Below are positions 18,310 to 28,091 of a stretch of DNA of 64,000 nt, piece by piece. Position numbers and translations under genes: made by a program. The stretch is from Gemmatimonadales bacterium (GTDB taxonomy: Bacteria; Gemmatimonadota; Gemmatimonadetes; Gemmatimonadales; GWC2-71-9), in the NCBI GenBank assembly GCA_041577295.1, contig JBFGJG010000006.1, forward strand, positions 1-64,000. The letters are read 5' to 3'. Every line of letters starts with the position of its first letter. The first letter of the stretch is position 1. Under the pieces are notes generated by a model. That model saw only the letters and a program-made list of their open reading frames with translations. It did not search any database and had not been told where the DNA came from.

Positions 18310-21300
18310 GGGTACGCAGTACGACGCTGCTCGGCCGAGTTTGAGCAGCGCACAGAACGATTGCACCGAGGACCAGCCGCTGGTGCCGGCGAAGGATCGC
18401 TCGGAGCGGCGATCGCGGCCGTCATTGCTCACGCGACGACCTTCGGACCAAGAGCTGGACGGAGATTCCGCCGACCGTATTGTAGCCCAGGTAAATGGGG
18501 CTCTCGCCCGCCGTCTCTTGTTCGAGAGTCCAATGGGCGAAGTTGCGCACCTCGCGCTGTTGACGGTGGTTGCTATCCTGGTGTGGGAGGTGGCCAGGCC
18601 GTTGGTGCTGGTCCCGTGGCTGTCGGCTGTCGCCGCGGCGACTGTCGCGCGTGCCGTCGTGCGACAGCATCTCGCCCAGAATCAACACCCCCCCGCGTAT
18701 CGCACCAGAATGGTCCGCAGCAGTGTCTTGGCGGCCGGCCTGGCTTGGGGGGCAGGGGCGGCCGTCGTCGCCCCAGTCATGCCGTTCGAGTATTTCGCTC
18801 TCATCATGGTAGTGTTTGCAGGACTTGCCGCCGGTGGGACGGCGACGCTCGTGGCGGACCCGAAGAGTTTTTATGCGTACACCAGTGCGCTTCTCGTGCC
18901 GCTTTCATTAGGGATCGTTGCCGCGGGGATCACTCGCCCCCACCTCGCCGCTATTGCGCTGATCGCCCTCTTCGCCGCCACGCTGGTGGTGATCTATCGC
19001 CGTGGTCACCGCACACTGTGTGCGCAGCTCATGACATCGGCCCGCCTCGAGTTCAGCGAAGCTGAAGCGGCACGGGAGCGGCGATTTCTCGACGCTCTTC
19101 TCACCAGCGCTCCGAGCGCGATTGCTACGGTGCACCAGTCGGGACGCGTCCTCGGTATCAACCCGGCATTCGAAAAGCTCTTCGGGTATACGGCGGAGGA
19201 AGCTATTGGTCAGGATCTCCGTGAACTGATCGTGCCGTCGGACGAATCATCTCTGGCCCGGGAGCTGGACCGGCAGGATCACGATGGTGTGGTGGCGAGC
19301 AATGAACTCGTCAGGTGTCGACGCGATGGCCGTCAGATCCCGGTGCGAGGCTCTTCGGCTCGGGTGCATGCCATCGATGATGATGTCGTGCTCGTGCTGT
19401 ACGACGATATCTCAGACATGAAAAGGGCTCAGCAGGCATTGCGGGACGCCGAAGAGCAGTATCGCAGCCTCGTGGAATCAGCATCCGATCTCGTGTGGAA
19501 GGTGGATCGTGAGGAAAACTGGACGTTCTTAAACGCTGCCTGCCAGCGCATTTACGGTGTCACGCCGGCCCAGCTTCTGGGGAGGCCGTTTGTTGAGCAG
19601 ACCGATCCCTCGCATGCCGAACGAGACAAAGAGGCCCTGTCGCGACTCCTTGCAGGGGCGGAGCTGGTCGATCACGAGACTGTCCACCGAGCCGGCAATG
19701 GCGAATCGAAGCATCTGAGTTTTTCAGCTAGGCCGCTCACCAACGCTGCCGGTGACATTGTTGGGGCTCATGGCATTGCGCGTGACGTCTCCGAGCGCGC
19801 AGCTGCGCGCGAAGCGCTCGTGCGAGCACGCGATGAGGCCGAGCGCGCCGCGGAGGCAAAGAGTGCGTTCCTTGCCAACATGAGTCATGAGATCCGGACA
19901 CCCATGAACGGTGTTCTCGGCATGCTCGAGTTGCTCATGGATACGCCATTGACTTCGGAGCAGGTTCGCTCCGCCGATCTCGCGCGAAGCTCAGCGGAAG
20001 CTTTGCTGAACATCATCAATGACATACTTGACTTTTCGAAGATCGAGGCCGGCAATCTGGAATTCGAAGAGATCCCGTTCGACTTAGTGAGTCTCATGGA
20101 CTCTTCGGTGCGCCTCTTGGCACCACGCGCAGCCAGTCGCGGCGTTGAACTTCTCTATGATGTGGCGACCAACGTGCCACGACTCGTGCGCGGCGATCCT
20201 GGGCGCTTACGGCAGGTCGTCACAAACTTGGTGAGCAATTCCGTGAAGTTCACGCACGAAGGCGAAATCGTCGTTACCGCCTCGGCCGTGAGTTCTTCTG
20301 ACGACGCAACAGTCATCGCATTCTCGGTTCGAGATACCGGCATCGGAATTCCGCCGGAGAAGCTGCAGTTCATCTTTGATGATTTCACTCAGGCAGATGT
20401 GTCCACCACGCGTCGCTACGGAGGCACTGGCCTGGGGCTCGCCATCGCACGGAGGATCGTTCGTATGATGGGGGGTGAGCTGTGCGTCACTAGTAAGGAA
20501 GATGAAGGCAGTGAGTTCACCTTTACAATCCCACTCAACGTCGAATCGGAGGCCGAGGGCGCCGCATCTCCACCAGCCCTCGGGCGGCTAGAGAATTTGC
20601 GTAGCATTGTGGTGGACGACAATCCGACCAACCGACGCATCGTTCGCGGGATGTTAGCCACCGCAGGAGTCACCGTCGACGAAGCGCCCGACGCTGATTC
20701 CGGCCTGGCCATGATGCGAGCGTCGGTCACGGAAGCGCCGTATCACTTCGCGATCATCGACGGATATATGCCGGACCGGGACGGGTTCGACCTCGCCCGG
20801 ACAGTTCACGAACTGCCCGAACTCTCCGGCATGCGTGTCATGATGCTCACCTCGGCCGGCCAGCGCGGCGATGGTCAGCGATGCCGTGAGCTGGGGATTG
20901 CGGCGTATCTCACCAAGCCGGTTTCACGGGTCGACTTGTTGGAAGCCGCCGCCGCCATGATGGCGGGTCTTTCCACCGACCGCAGCGAGCTCATCACGCG
21001 GCATTCCATCGAGGAGACGCGGCGGCGCGTACGCGTGCTGCTCGCGGAGGACAACCCCGTCAATCAGGAAGTAGCTGCCGCCATGCTGCGAAAACGCGGC
21101 CACAGCGTGGACATCGTTGGTGACGGGAAAGCTGCGGTCAATGCCGTCAGCTCGAAAGAGTACGACTTGGTCTTGATGGACATTCAAATGCCGCACTTGG
21201 ATGGTCTGTCGGCGAGTCGGGCCATTCGCGAGATCGAGCACCTGGCGCAGTTGCCGATCGTTGCCATGACTGCTCACGCCATGTCGGGTGAACGCGACCG

Positions 21301-21790
21301 ATGCCTGGCGGCGGGCATGACCGGCTACCTGCCAAAGCCGTTCAAGCCCCACGAACTATTCGCTGCAGTCGAAGGTTGGGGTGTGATCATGGGAACCGAG
21401 CCATCGCGCGGGGGAGAGGATGACGCGTCCGGTGAACCGGTCGATCTCGAACAGTTCCGGCGGTCCATGCGAGAAGCCGGAGTCGAAGATGCGATTGGCG
21501 CACTCCTGGACACGTTTCTACAAGACGCGCCAGAGCGCATAGTGGCCTTGGGTCAGGCGGTGGCCACGTCTGACGCCGCTGCCGTCGAGGCGTGCGCTCA
21601 CGCGTTCAAGTCCGCAGCGCGAACGATCATGGCCCAAAGGCTCGCCGATCTTCTGCAAGAACTCGAGGATGCGGGCGAATGCGCCGATTTGGCCAAAGCG
21701 GGCACGCTAATGCCCGACGTCGAACAAGCGTACACGGCGGTTGTACAGCAACTGGAAGCCGCCACGCCACGGGAGCCAGCATATGGATAA
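18296..21790 (+). CDS. hybrid sensor histidine kinase (TM-PAS-PAS-HisKA-HATPase-REC-REC-Hpt)
   Basis: FLANMSHEIRTPMNG, GGTGLGLAI, two REC domains, Hpt AHAFKSAA; GGAG SD. Confidence 0.93.
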   Translation: MSEIEGTQYDAARPSLSSAQNDCTEDQPLVPAKDRSERRSRPSLLTRRPSDQELDGDSADRIVAQVNGALARRLLFESPMGEVAHLALLTVVAILVWEVARPLVLVPWLSAVAAATVARAVVRQHLAQNQHPPAYRTRMVRSSVLAAGLAWGAGAAVVAPVMPFEYFALIMVVFAGLAAGGTATLVADPKSFYAYTSALLVPLSLGIVAAGITRPHLAAIALIALFAATLVVIYRRGHRTLCAQLMTSARLEFSEAEAARERRFLDALLTSAPSAIATVHQSGRVLGINPAFEKLFGYTAEEAIGQDLRELIVPSDESSLARELDRQDHDGVVASNELVRCRRDGRQIPVRGSSARVHAIDDDVVLVLYDDISDMKRAQQALRDAEEQYRSLVESASDLVWKVDREENWTFLNAACQRIYGVTPAQLLGRPFVEQTDPSHAERDKEALSRLLAGAELVDHETVHRAGNGESKHLSFSARPLTNAAGDIVGAHGIARDVSERAAAREALVRARDEAERAAEAKSAFLANMSHEIRTPMNGVLGMLELLMDTPLTSEQVRSADLARSSAEALLNIINDILDFSKIEAGNLEFEEIPFDLVSLMDSSVRLLAPRAASRGVELLYDVATNVPRLVRGDPGRLRQVVTNLVSNSVKFTHEGEIVVTASAVSSSDDATVIAFSVRDTGIGIPPEKLQFIFDDFTQADVSTTRRYGGTGLGLAIARRIVRMMGGELCVTSKEDEGSEFTFTIPLNVESEAEGAASPPALGRLENLRSIVVDDNPTNRRIVRGMLATAGVTVDEAPDADSGLAMMRASVTEAPYHFAIIDGYMPDRDGFDLARTVHELPELSGMRVMMLTSAGQRGDGQRCRELGIAAYLTKPVSRVDLLEAAAAMMAGLSTDRSELITRHSIEETRRRVRVLLAEDNPVNQEVAAAMLRKRGHSVDIVGDGKAAVNAVSSKEYDLVLMDIQMPHLDGLSASRAIREIEHLAQLPIVAMTAHAMSGERDRCLAAGMTGYLPKPFKPHELFAAVEGWGVIMGTEPSRGGEDDASGEPVDLEQFRRSMREAGVEDAIGALLDTFLQDAPERIVALGQAVATSDAAAVEACAHAFKSAARTIMAQRLADLLQELEDAGECADLAKAGTLMPDVEQAYTAVVQQLEAATPREPAYG

Positions 21791-23894
21791 GGTCATGGTG
21801 TCCAGGCACTGGATGCAAAAAGTCATCCAAGGTGCCGGTCTCAACGGGTCACAGGAATTGGAACTGGAGTCGGGGCTCGACGTCGCGGAGGTGTGGCGTC
21901 TGGCGGAGAACGCGTGTGGGTTGACGGGCACCGAGCTCGCCAGGGTCGTCGCTGCACATTTTCGCCTGCAGGCGGCCGATTTCAGCACCGCCGAGGCCCG
22001 CGCGCTGAAGCTCGTACCACAAGATCTGGCCGAGCGCTTCAGCGTGTTTCCACTCCGAGAAGACGACCGCAATCTCATCGTCGCAACCAGCGATCCGATG
22101 GATTTAGACGCGGAGAAGGCATTGGGATTCGCGTCCGGCCGGACTCCACTGTTCGAAGTCGCGCCTCCTAGCGAACTGGACCGCGAGATCGACGCGGGGT
22201 ACTCCCCAGACCGGGTGCTCGAAGCGCTCGTTAGCACAGTGGATCCGGATGTGGTGGATGCGGTACGCATTCTCGACGAGGCGGAACCTGAGGTCCTCGG
22301 TGCCGACGCCATCGAATCCGGTCCTGTAGTCAAACTCACCAATTTGATCTTGCGAGATGCGATCGCGCACCGCGCAAGCGATATCCACCTCGAAGCTGGT
22401 CGTGGAGTCGGGACCGTTCGGTTTCGGGTGGATGGTGTCCTGTTCAAGTACATGGGCATGCCGATGTCGGCCCTCAACCGCGTCGTGTCGCGTATCAAGA
22501 TCCTCGGGCGGCTGGACATCGCGGACCGATTGCGACCGCAAGACGGACGGTCGCGTGTCCAAGTTGGGGGAGCCACTTACGATCTACGAATCTCCACCGT
22601 TCCCACGCGCGACGCCGAAAAAGCCGTCATCCGGATCTTGGATCCCCAGTCGTCCCTGGGTCTCGAGGATCTCGGGCTGAACGACTCGGACGTGAAGACA
22701 ATTCGCAACCTCCTCGGCCATCGGGACGGCATCGTCATCGTGACCGGGCCAACAGGATCCGGCAAGACGACAACGCTGTACGCGGGATTGCGGGAGCTGG
22801 CTTCCGGACCGATCAACATCATGACGGTGGAGGATCCCGTCGAGTACGAACTCCCGGACGTTACACAGATCCAGGTCGAAGAACGTCGCAACGTCACGTT
22901 TGCCTCGGCCTTGCGGGCGATTCTGCGGCAGGACCCCGATGTGATCTTCGTGGGCGAGATTCGCGACCTCGAAACGGCCGAGGTGGCGGTGCAGGCAAGC
23001 ATGACCGGGCATCTGGTCCTCGCAACGCTGCACACGAACGACGCACTCAGCGCGATTCAACGGCTCGTGGATCTGGGTCTCGATCGGTCCGCGATTGCCG
23101 CGAGCTTACGCGGGGTGATCGCGCAACGGCTGGTCCGGCGACTCTGTGAGCGGTGCGCCCGTCCAGTGAGCGGTACGTCCATTCCCAAGAACGAGTCTCA
23201 ACTGGTTGAGGTATATGGCACAGCTCCCGTTGCTGAGGCAGTCGGCTGTCGGGCGTGTGGTCAGACGGGCTACCGCGGCCGGGTGGCGGTGGCGGAGGTC
23301 GCAGCGGTCGACGAGAACATCCGGCGACTCATCGCCTCTGATGCAGCCACGGCCGATTTGACGCGCGCTGCGGCGGCAGCGGGGATGCGGAGCATCCGGG
23401 ATGCCGCCCTGGACCAAGTCTGCCAGGGAGCGACCACCCTCACCGAACTCGAGCGATCCCTCGGCAAGCTGCCCGACCGAGCGGCCCGCCGTTCCTCGCA
23501 GGCACACCGGATCCTTCTGGTCGATGACGATTCGGTCAACCGCACATTGGCGAAAGCGTTACTTATCAAGCGTGGCTTCGACGTCACCGAAGCAGAGGAC
23601 GGTTCGGTAGCACTGGGACGATTGCAGGACGGTGAGGATTACGATCTCATGGTTCTCGACCTCGACATGCCAAAGGTGAGTGGTGGTGAGGTGCTCAAAC
23701 ACGTCCGGTCGACCTTGGCCACCGCCACCCTACCGGTGGTCGTGCTCACTGGAACCAATGACCCCGATGCCGAGGTCCGGCTCATGGAGCATGGCGCGGA
23801 TGACTATATCCGCAAGCCGATCGATGCTCCCCGCTTTGTCGCCCGAATACGGGCGGCGTTGCGTCGGGCTGGTGCCACCGTGGCTCCGGACTGA
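21783..23894 (+). CDS. GspE/PilB-family assembly ATPase fused to a C-terminal REC domain
   Basis: ASDIHLE, RLRPQDG, GPTGSGKTT, LRQDPDVIFVGEIRD, TGHLVLATLH, CxxC..CxxC; then ILLVDDD..VLDLDMP..DYIRKP. Confidence 0.9.
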   Translation: MDKVMVSRHWMQKVIQGAGLNGSQELELESGLDVAEVWRLAENACGLTGTELARVVAAHFRLQAADFSTAEARALKLVPQDLAERFSVFPLREDDRNLIVATSDPMDLDAEKALGFASGRTPLFEVAPPSELDREIDAGYSPDRVLEALVSTVDPDVVDAVRILDEAEPEVLGADAIESGPVVKLTNLILRDAIAHRASDIHLEAGRGVGTVRFRVDGVLFKYMGMPMSALNRVVSRIKILGRLDIADRLRPQDGRSRVQVGGATYDLRISTVPTRDAEKAVIRILDPQSSLGLEDLGLNDSDVKTIRNLLGHRDGIVIVTGPTGSGKTTTLYAGLRELASGPINIMTVEDPVEYELPDVTQIQVEERRNVTFASALRAILRQDPDVIFVGEIRDLETAEVAVQASMTGHLVLATLHTNDALSAIQRLVDLGLDRSAIAASLRGVIAQRLVRRLCERCARPVSGTSIPKNESQLVEVYGTAPVAEAVGCRACGQTGYRGRVAVAEVAAVDENIRRLIASDAATADLTRAAAAAGMRSIRDAALDQVCQGATTLTELERSLGKLPDRAARRSSQAHRILLVDDDSVNRTLAKALLIKRGFDVTEAEDGSVALGRLQDGEDYDLMVLDLDMPKVSGGEVLKHVRSTLATATLPVVVLTGTNDPDAEVRLMEHGADDYIRKPIDAPRFVARIRAALRRAGATVAPD

Positions 23895-23899
23895 TTGAC

Positions 23900-24379
23900 A
23901 TGTCACGCGCTACTGAGCAAACGCGCCTGCGTGCATCGGCATCGGCGACGCCCTACCTCAAGGAGATTCTGGAAAACGAGGCGGCGATTGCCACGTCGCG
24001 CCCAGGGAAGCGACGCAAGTTCCAGGTCGTTCTTCTGTTTGCGTTGCTTACCCTTGCGCTCGGGCTGACTGCTTGGAATGTGCAAACGATGTCGAGCGGT
24101 CCTGATTTACGCGCTTTTCCCGACGAGGCGTTATCGGCGCAGTACACCGTGTATCTGATCGCGACGTCTCTCGAGGCCTATGTCGACTCGGCTGGCACCC
24201 TGCCGCTCACGCTCGAGGAGCTGAATATCGACGAAGAGGGGGTAGAGTACTTCCGACAGCGTGGCGGATACGAGCTAGTCGCAGAGACGGCAGATCGGCG
24301 AATCATATATCGATCGGGCGACGATCTGTCGGCGCTTGCACGCGTGGTCGATCAGCTCGAACGGGATCCGACGCCATGA
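23900..24379 (+). CDS. single-TM hypothetical protein with pilin/GspG-like soluble part
   Basis: One TM then LEAYVDSAGTLPLTLEEL; lies between the ATPase and the pilin. Confidence 0.55.
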   Translation: MSRATEQTRLRASASATPYLKEILENEAAIATSRPGKRRKFQVVLLFALLTLALGLTAWNVQTMSSGPDLRAFPDEALSAQYTVYLIATSLEAYVDSAGTLPLTLEELNIDEEGVEYFRQRGGYELVAETADRRIIYRSGDDLSALARVVDQLERDPTP

Positions 24380-24825
24380 ATCGGCGGGGTATGACGTTCG
24401 TCGAGCTCATGATCGTCGTCACGATCATTGGCATCGTGGCAAATATCGCGCTGCCCAGACTGCACGACGTTCGACGCCGTGCAGAGGCAGCGAGCGTCAT
24501 TCGCGACTTCATCGTGGTCCGCGGTGCGGCTTTCGATCACTTTGCCAATGCCGGCGAGTATCCACCAACCGGTGGATGGGGCCAAGTGCCACCCGAACTC
24601 GTTTCAACGCTCCCATTGGGCTTTACGTTTAGCGAGCCAAACGTCACTTATCGCTGGCGCCGCTGGGCATTGGGACCGAATGCACCGCAACTCAGCGGAG
24701 AGTCAGTCCTCTTGGGCCTGCAAATCAAGACTAGCGATGTGAAGCTCATGGCATCGATCAACGGTCTCTACCGCGGACCGTTGGCGTTTGGCAGCGCGAC
24801 ACAAGTGACTCTTGTGATCGACTGA
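24376..24825 (+). CDS. type IV pilin / T2SS pseudopilin
   Basis: Class III signal NRRG|MTFVELMIVVTIIGIVANIALP with E5. Confidence 0.9.
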   Translation: MNRRGMTFVELMIVVTIIGIVANIALPRLHDVRRRAEAASVIRDFIVVRGAAFDHFANAGEYPPTGGWGQVPPELVSTLPLGFTFSEPNVTYRWRRWALGPNAPQLSGESVLLGLQIKTSDVKLMASINGLYRGPLAFGSATQVTLVID

Positions 24826-24860
24826 CAGCTCCCGACAATGAAGAGGCCACGCACGGAACC

Positions 24861-25931
24861 ATGACCGCGACCGATCCGAAAGACATACCCATACTGCTCG
24901 TCGACGATGAGGCTCCCCTTCGCGAGGCCCTGGGAAGGTACCTCCGTAAGGTGGGGTTCCCCGTGACTACCGTCGATTCCGGCCCGGCCGCCTTGGAGCA
25001 CCTTCAATCCAATGACACCTTGGTCATGCTACTGGATATCAGGATGCCAGGCATGACGGGGGTCGAGGTGGTTCCGCGAGCGCTCGAGGTACGGCCGAAC
25101 CTCGCGATCCTGATGGTCACCGCTGTTGCGGATGCCGCAAGCGCGACCCGCTGTCTGCAAGGTGGGGCCTTGGACTATCTGACCAAGCCATTGGAGCTCA
25201 CCGAACTGCTGAGCGCCATTCACCGTGCCTTACGTCGTCGCGAGACGGAGATGCAGAGTCGCGAGCTGACGGGTTGGCTAAAGCAAGAGCTGGATCGCCG
25301 CGGCGACGAGATCACGTGGGAGCGAGACAAGCAGGGCAAGATCACTTTGGCCACCCTGGAAACGATGGTCAATACGCTCGAGGCCAAGAACCGGTATCTC
25401 GTCGGCCACTCGGCTCGCGTCGCCGCGCTGGCGACGAACGTCGCGAACGAGCTGAAGCTTCCTGCGGACGAGGTCGAGCGCATCCGCGTCGCTGCGCGGC
25501 TGCACGATCTCGGCAAGGTCGGCATCCGAGAAGAAGTCGTGAACAAGGAAGGCCCATTGACAGACGAAGAATTCGCACATATCCGGCAACATCCGGCGAT
25601 TGGTTCTCAAATCCTTGAACCGCTTCCGAACGTCGGGCCGATTGCGGGCTACGTTCGCAGTCACCATGAGCATTGGGACGGTAGCGGCTACCCAGATGGA
25701 TTGATCGGAGAGGAAATCCCGCTGGGCGCGCGAATCGTGTGCGCCGCCGAGGTATACGACGCACTCACCAGCGCACGCCCGTATCGCGACACCTTCCCTT
25801 CGCATGTCGCTATCGAACGAATGGAAGAACTGAAAGGAACCGTGCTCGACCCCGCGGTGGTCTCAGCACTCGAGCGGGCAGTAATGCGATGGCCGCAAGA
25901 GGCCACACCACGACCGGTGCCCACCCCGTAA
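24861..25931 (+). CDS. REC-HD-GYP response regulator (c-di-GMP phosphodiesterase family)
   Basis: REC plus GHSARV, LHDLGK, HHEHWDGSGYPDG, RPYR. Confidence 0.92.
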   Translation: MTATDPKDIPILLVDDEAPLREALGRYLRKVGFPVTTVDSGPAALEHLQSNDTLVMLLDIRMPGMTGVEVVPRALEVRPNLAILMVTAVADAASATRCLQGGALDYLTKPLELTELLSAIHRALRRRETEMQSRELTGWLKQELDRRGDEITWERDKQGKITLATLETMVNTLEAKNRYLVGHSARVAALATNVANELKLPADEVERIRVAARLHDLGKVGIREEVVNKEGPLTDEEFAHIRQHPAIGSQILEPLPNVGPIAGYVRSHHEHWDGSGYPDGLIGEEIPLGARIVCAAEVYDALTSARPYRDTFPSHVAIERMEELKGTVLDPAVVSALERAVMRWPQEATPRPVPTP

Positions 25932-25932
25932 C

Positions 25933-26748
25933 ATGGCGGACGCGGCCTCCTCCTCGGTTTCCAGCAGCCTTTCCGATATGAATTCGGTCGGAATCGGGCT
26001 GAAGTATACACCGGGCCACGGAGTGCGAGCGACGCTGGCGCGCTTCTTCACCCTCGATCACCTGCCGCATGCACCCCCCTTCAAAGGCCGTTTCTGGGTG
26101 TACTGCGCTGCGGCATATCTCATGCCGATCATTGTCCAGGTCCTGCTGCCACAGGACCCTGGCTCAACTGACGAGCTAGTGTGGCTCGTCATGCTGGCAC
26201 CTGCGTTTCTCCTCTCCTTGCACTACGGACTCAAGGGCTCGTTGATAAGTTTGCTGTCAGGAACAGCACTCCTGATAGCCGTGCAGTTGATCCTAGCCAT
26301 CAACTTTGCGCCCGATGACTGGCACGTGACCGTTCCCATCTACGTAGCGTTTGGAACGCTCACCATCACGGTCGGATGGCTATCCGAAGAGTTGCACAGC
26401 AACTATTCGCGTGCACTAGAGAACGAGAAGATGGCTAGTATCGGAGCGTTCGCCGTAACCGTACAGCATGAGGTCAACAACGCGCTGTTTGCCATTGTCG
26501 CGGAGAGCCAATTCCTCCTTTCTGGCTCCGGCCTGATGGAGAGCGAACACGCATCGGTGACCAACATCTATGATTCCGCCAAGCGCATCACTCGCACGGT
26601 TGAGGAGATCACCAATCTCGCGACTGCACCAACGACTACGTACCTCGGTGACGTCAAGATGATCGATCTGAACAAGGCTGATCGCAAAAAAGCAAACAAT
26701 GCGCTTTCATGGTCTGCAGTTGATGCTCGGAAGTCGCTCACCACGTGA
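25933..26748 (+). CDS. membrane protein with HisKA dimerization domain only
   Basis: About 4 TM, then QHEVNNAL H-box; ends TYLGDVKMIDL with no HATPase. Confidence 0.7.
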   Translation: MADAASSSVSSSLSDMNSVGIGLKYTPGHGVRATLARFFTLDHLPHAPPFKGRFWVYCAAAYLMPIIVQVLLPQDPGSTDELVWLVMLAPAFLLSLHYGLKGSLISLLSGTALLIAVQLILAINFAPDDWHVTVPIYVAFGTLTITVGWLSEELHSNYSRALENEKMASIGAFAVTVQHEVNNALFAIVAESQFLLSGSGLMESEHASVTNIYDSAKRITRTVEEITNLATAPTTTYLGDVKMIDLNKADRKKANNALSWSAVDARKSLTT

Positions 26749-26770
26749 ACCAATCCTCGAAACGGGCGGG

Positions 26771-27943
26771 GTGAGTACGGTGACGCAGTCAACAGACGCA
26801 CGGATTCTCGTTGCGGACGACGATGAAACACTATGCCAAGCGCTGATTCGATACCTTTCATCGCTCGGCTACGACGTAAGTACTGCGAATTCCGGGTCCT
26901 CGGTTTTGGAGCGTCTCCAAGCTACCAAGGTTTCACTGCTGATTCTGGACCTCGCCATGCCCGGGATGAGTGGCGTCGACGTCGTCCCAAAGGCGCTCGA
27001 GTTGGATCCCGAGCTCACTGTGATCATGCTGAGCGGAGTGAATGACGCACTCACCGCCGCCAAGTGCATGCAACTCGGTGCCACAGATTACCTCACGAAG
27101 CCAATTGAGCTCACCGAACTTGCAAGTGCTATCCGACGCAGCCTGCGTCAGCGGGACACGCTCCAGCAGGGCCGTGCCATAGAAAGCTGGCTACGAGAAG
27201 AGCTCGCTCGCCGTGGGCAGGAAATCGAACATGAGCGGCAGCAGCAGCAAAGTATCACCATCGCCACGCTGGAAGCGCTGATCAACGCGCTGGAGGCCAA
27301 GAGCGGCTATTTCCGCGGCCACTCCGCGAGAGTCAGCGCCCTGGCCGCGACGATTTCTCACGAGCTCGGGCTTTCAGACGAGGTTGTGGAAGACATCCGA
27401 AGGGCCGGCAAGCTGCATGACGTTGGCATGATCGGGATTCGAGAAGACATACTCAATAAGAGAGGACCGCTCTCGGACGAGGAACGGGAACATGTGAAGC
27501 AACACGTCCTCATCGCGTGGCGGATTCTCGAACCCCTGACGCACCTCGGGTCCGTGGTGAGCTTTGTCCGCTTTCATCACGAGCACTGGGATGGAAGCGG
27601 TTATCCAGCCGGGATCAAGGGTGAGCAGATCCCCATTGGTGCGCGGGTGATCTGTGCGGCTGAAGTGTACGATGCCCTGACTACCTCCCGACCGTACCAC
27701 GAAAAAATGAGTCCTGAGGATGCCACCGCGTGCGTAAGCGAGATGGCCGGCTCGCTCCTGGATCCGAACGTGACCCGTTCGCTCGCCAACGCGGTCGCGC
27801 GTCGCAAGACCCTCGTCTTCATCGATGATGACCACCTGCCGCTTGTCGAGCAGAAGTTGGCGTCAAAAGAAGCGCGTTTGACGCCTGGCCATGCCACTCA
27901 GCTCACCATTGAGCGCCACCACGACATGAAGAAAAGACGGTAG
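26771..27943 (+). CDS. REC-HD-GYP response regulator (paralog)
   Basis: REC plus GHSARV, LHDVG, HHEHWDGSGYPAG, RPYH. Confidence 0.92.
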   Translation: MSTVTQSTDARILVADDDETLCQALIRYLSSLGYDVSTANSGSSVLERLQATKVSLLILDLAMPGMSGVDVVPKALELDPELTVIMLSGVNDALTAAKCMQLGATDYLTKPIELTELASAIRRSLRQRDTLQQGRAIESWLREELARRGQEIEHERQQQQSITIATLEALINALEAKSGYFRGHSARVSALAATISHELGLSDEVVEDIRRAGKLHDVGMIGIREDILNKRGPLSDEEREHVKQHVLIAWRILEPLTHLGSVVSFVRFHHEHWDGSGYPAGIKGEQIPIGARVICAAEVYDALTTSRPYHEKMSPEDATACVSEMAGSLLDPNVTRSLANAVARRKTLVFIDDDHLPLVEQKLASKEARLTPGHATQLTIERHHDMKKRR

Positions 27944-28091
27944 AGCGCTATGAGGTGCCCTAGGAAAACGCTCTTCTCTTGCCTGGGCGTGTGAGGTCAT
28001 CGGCATCGTTTTGATTCGCTGAGCGTTTTTCGGACACTCGGCTTCGCGTTCCCGCCCCGCAGTTTGGTCCGGTCACAATCGACACCGGACC

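Noticed and set aside
27997..28023. Minus-strand CTCAG-N14-GCCGATGA, sigma28-like
   Set aside because: Points antisense into an HD-GYP 3' end with no downstream gene; two deviations from consensus, could be chance
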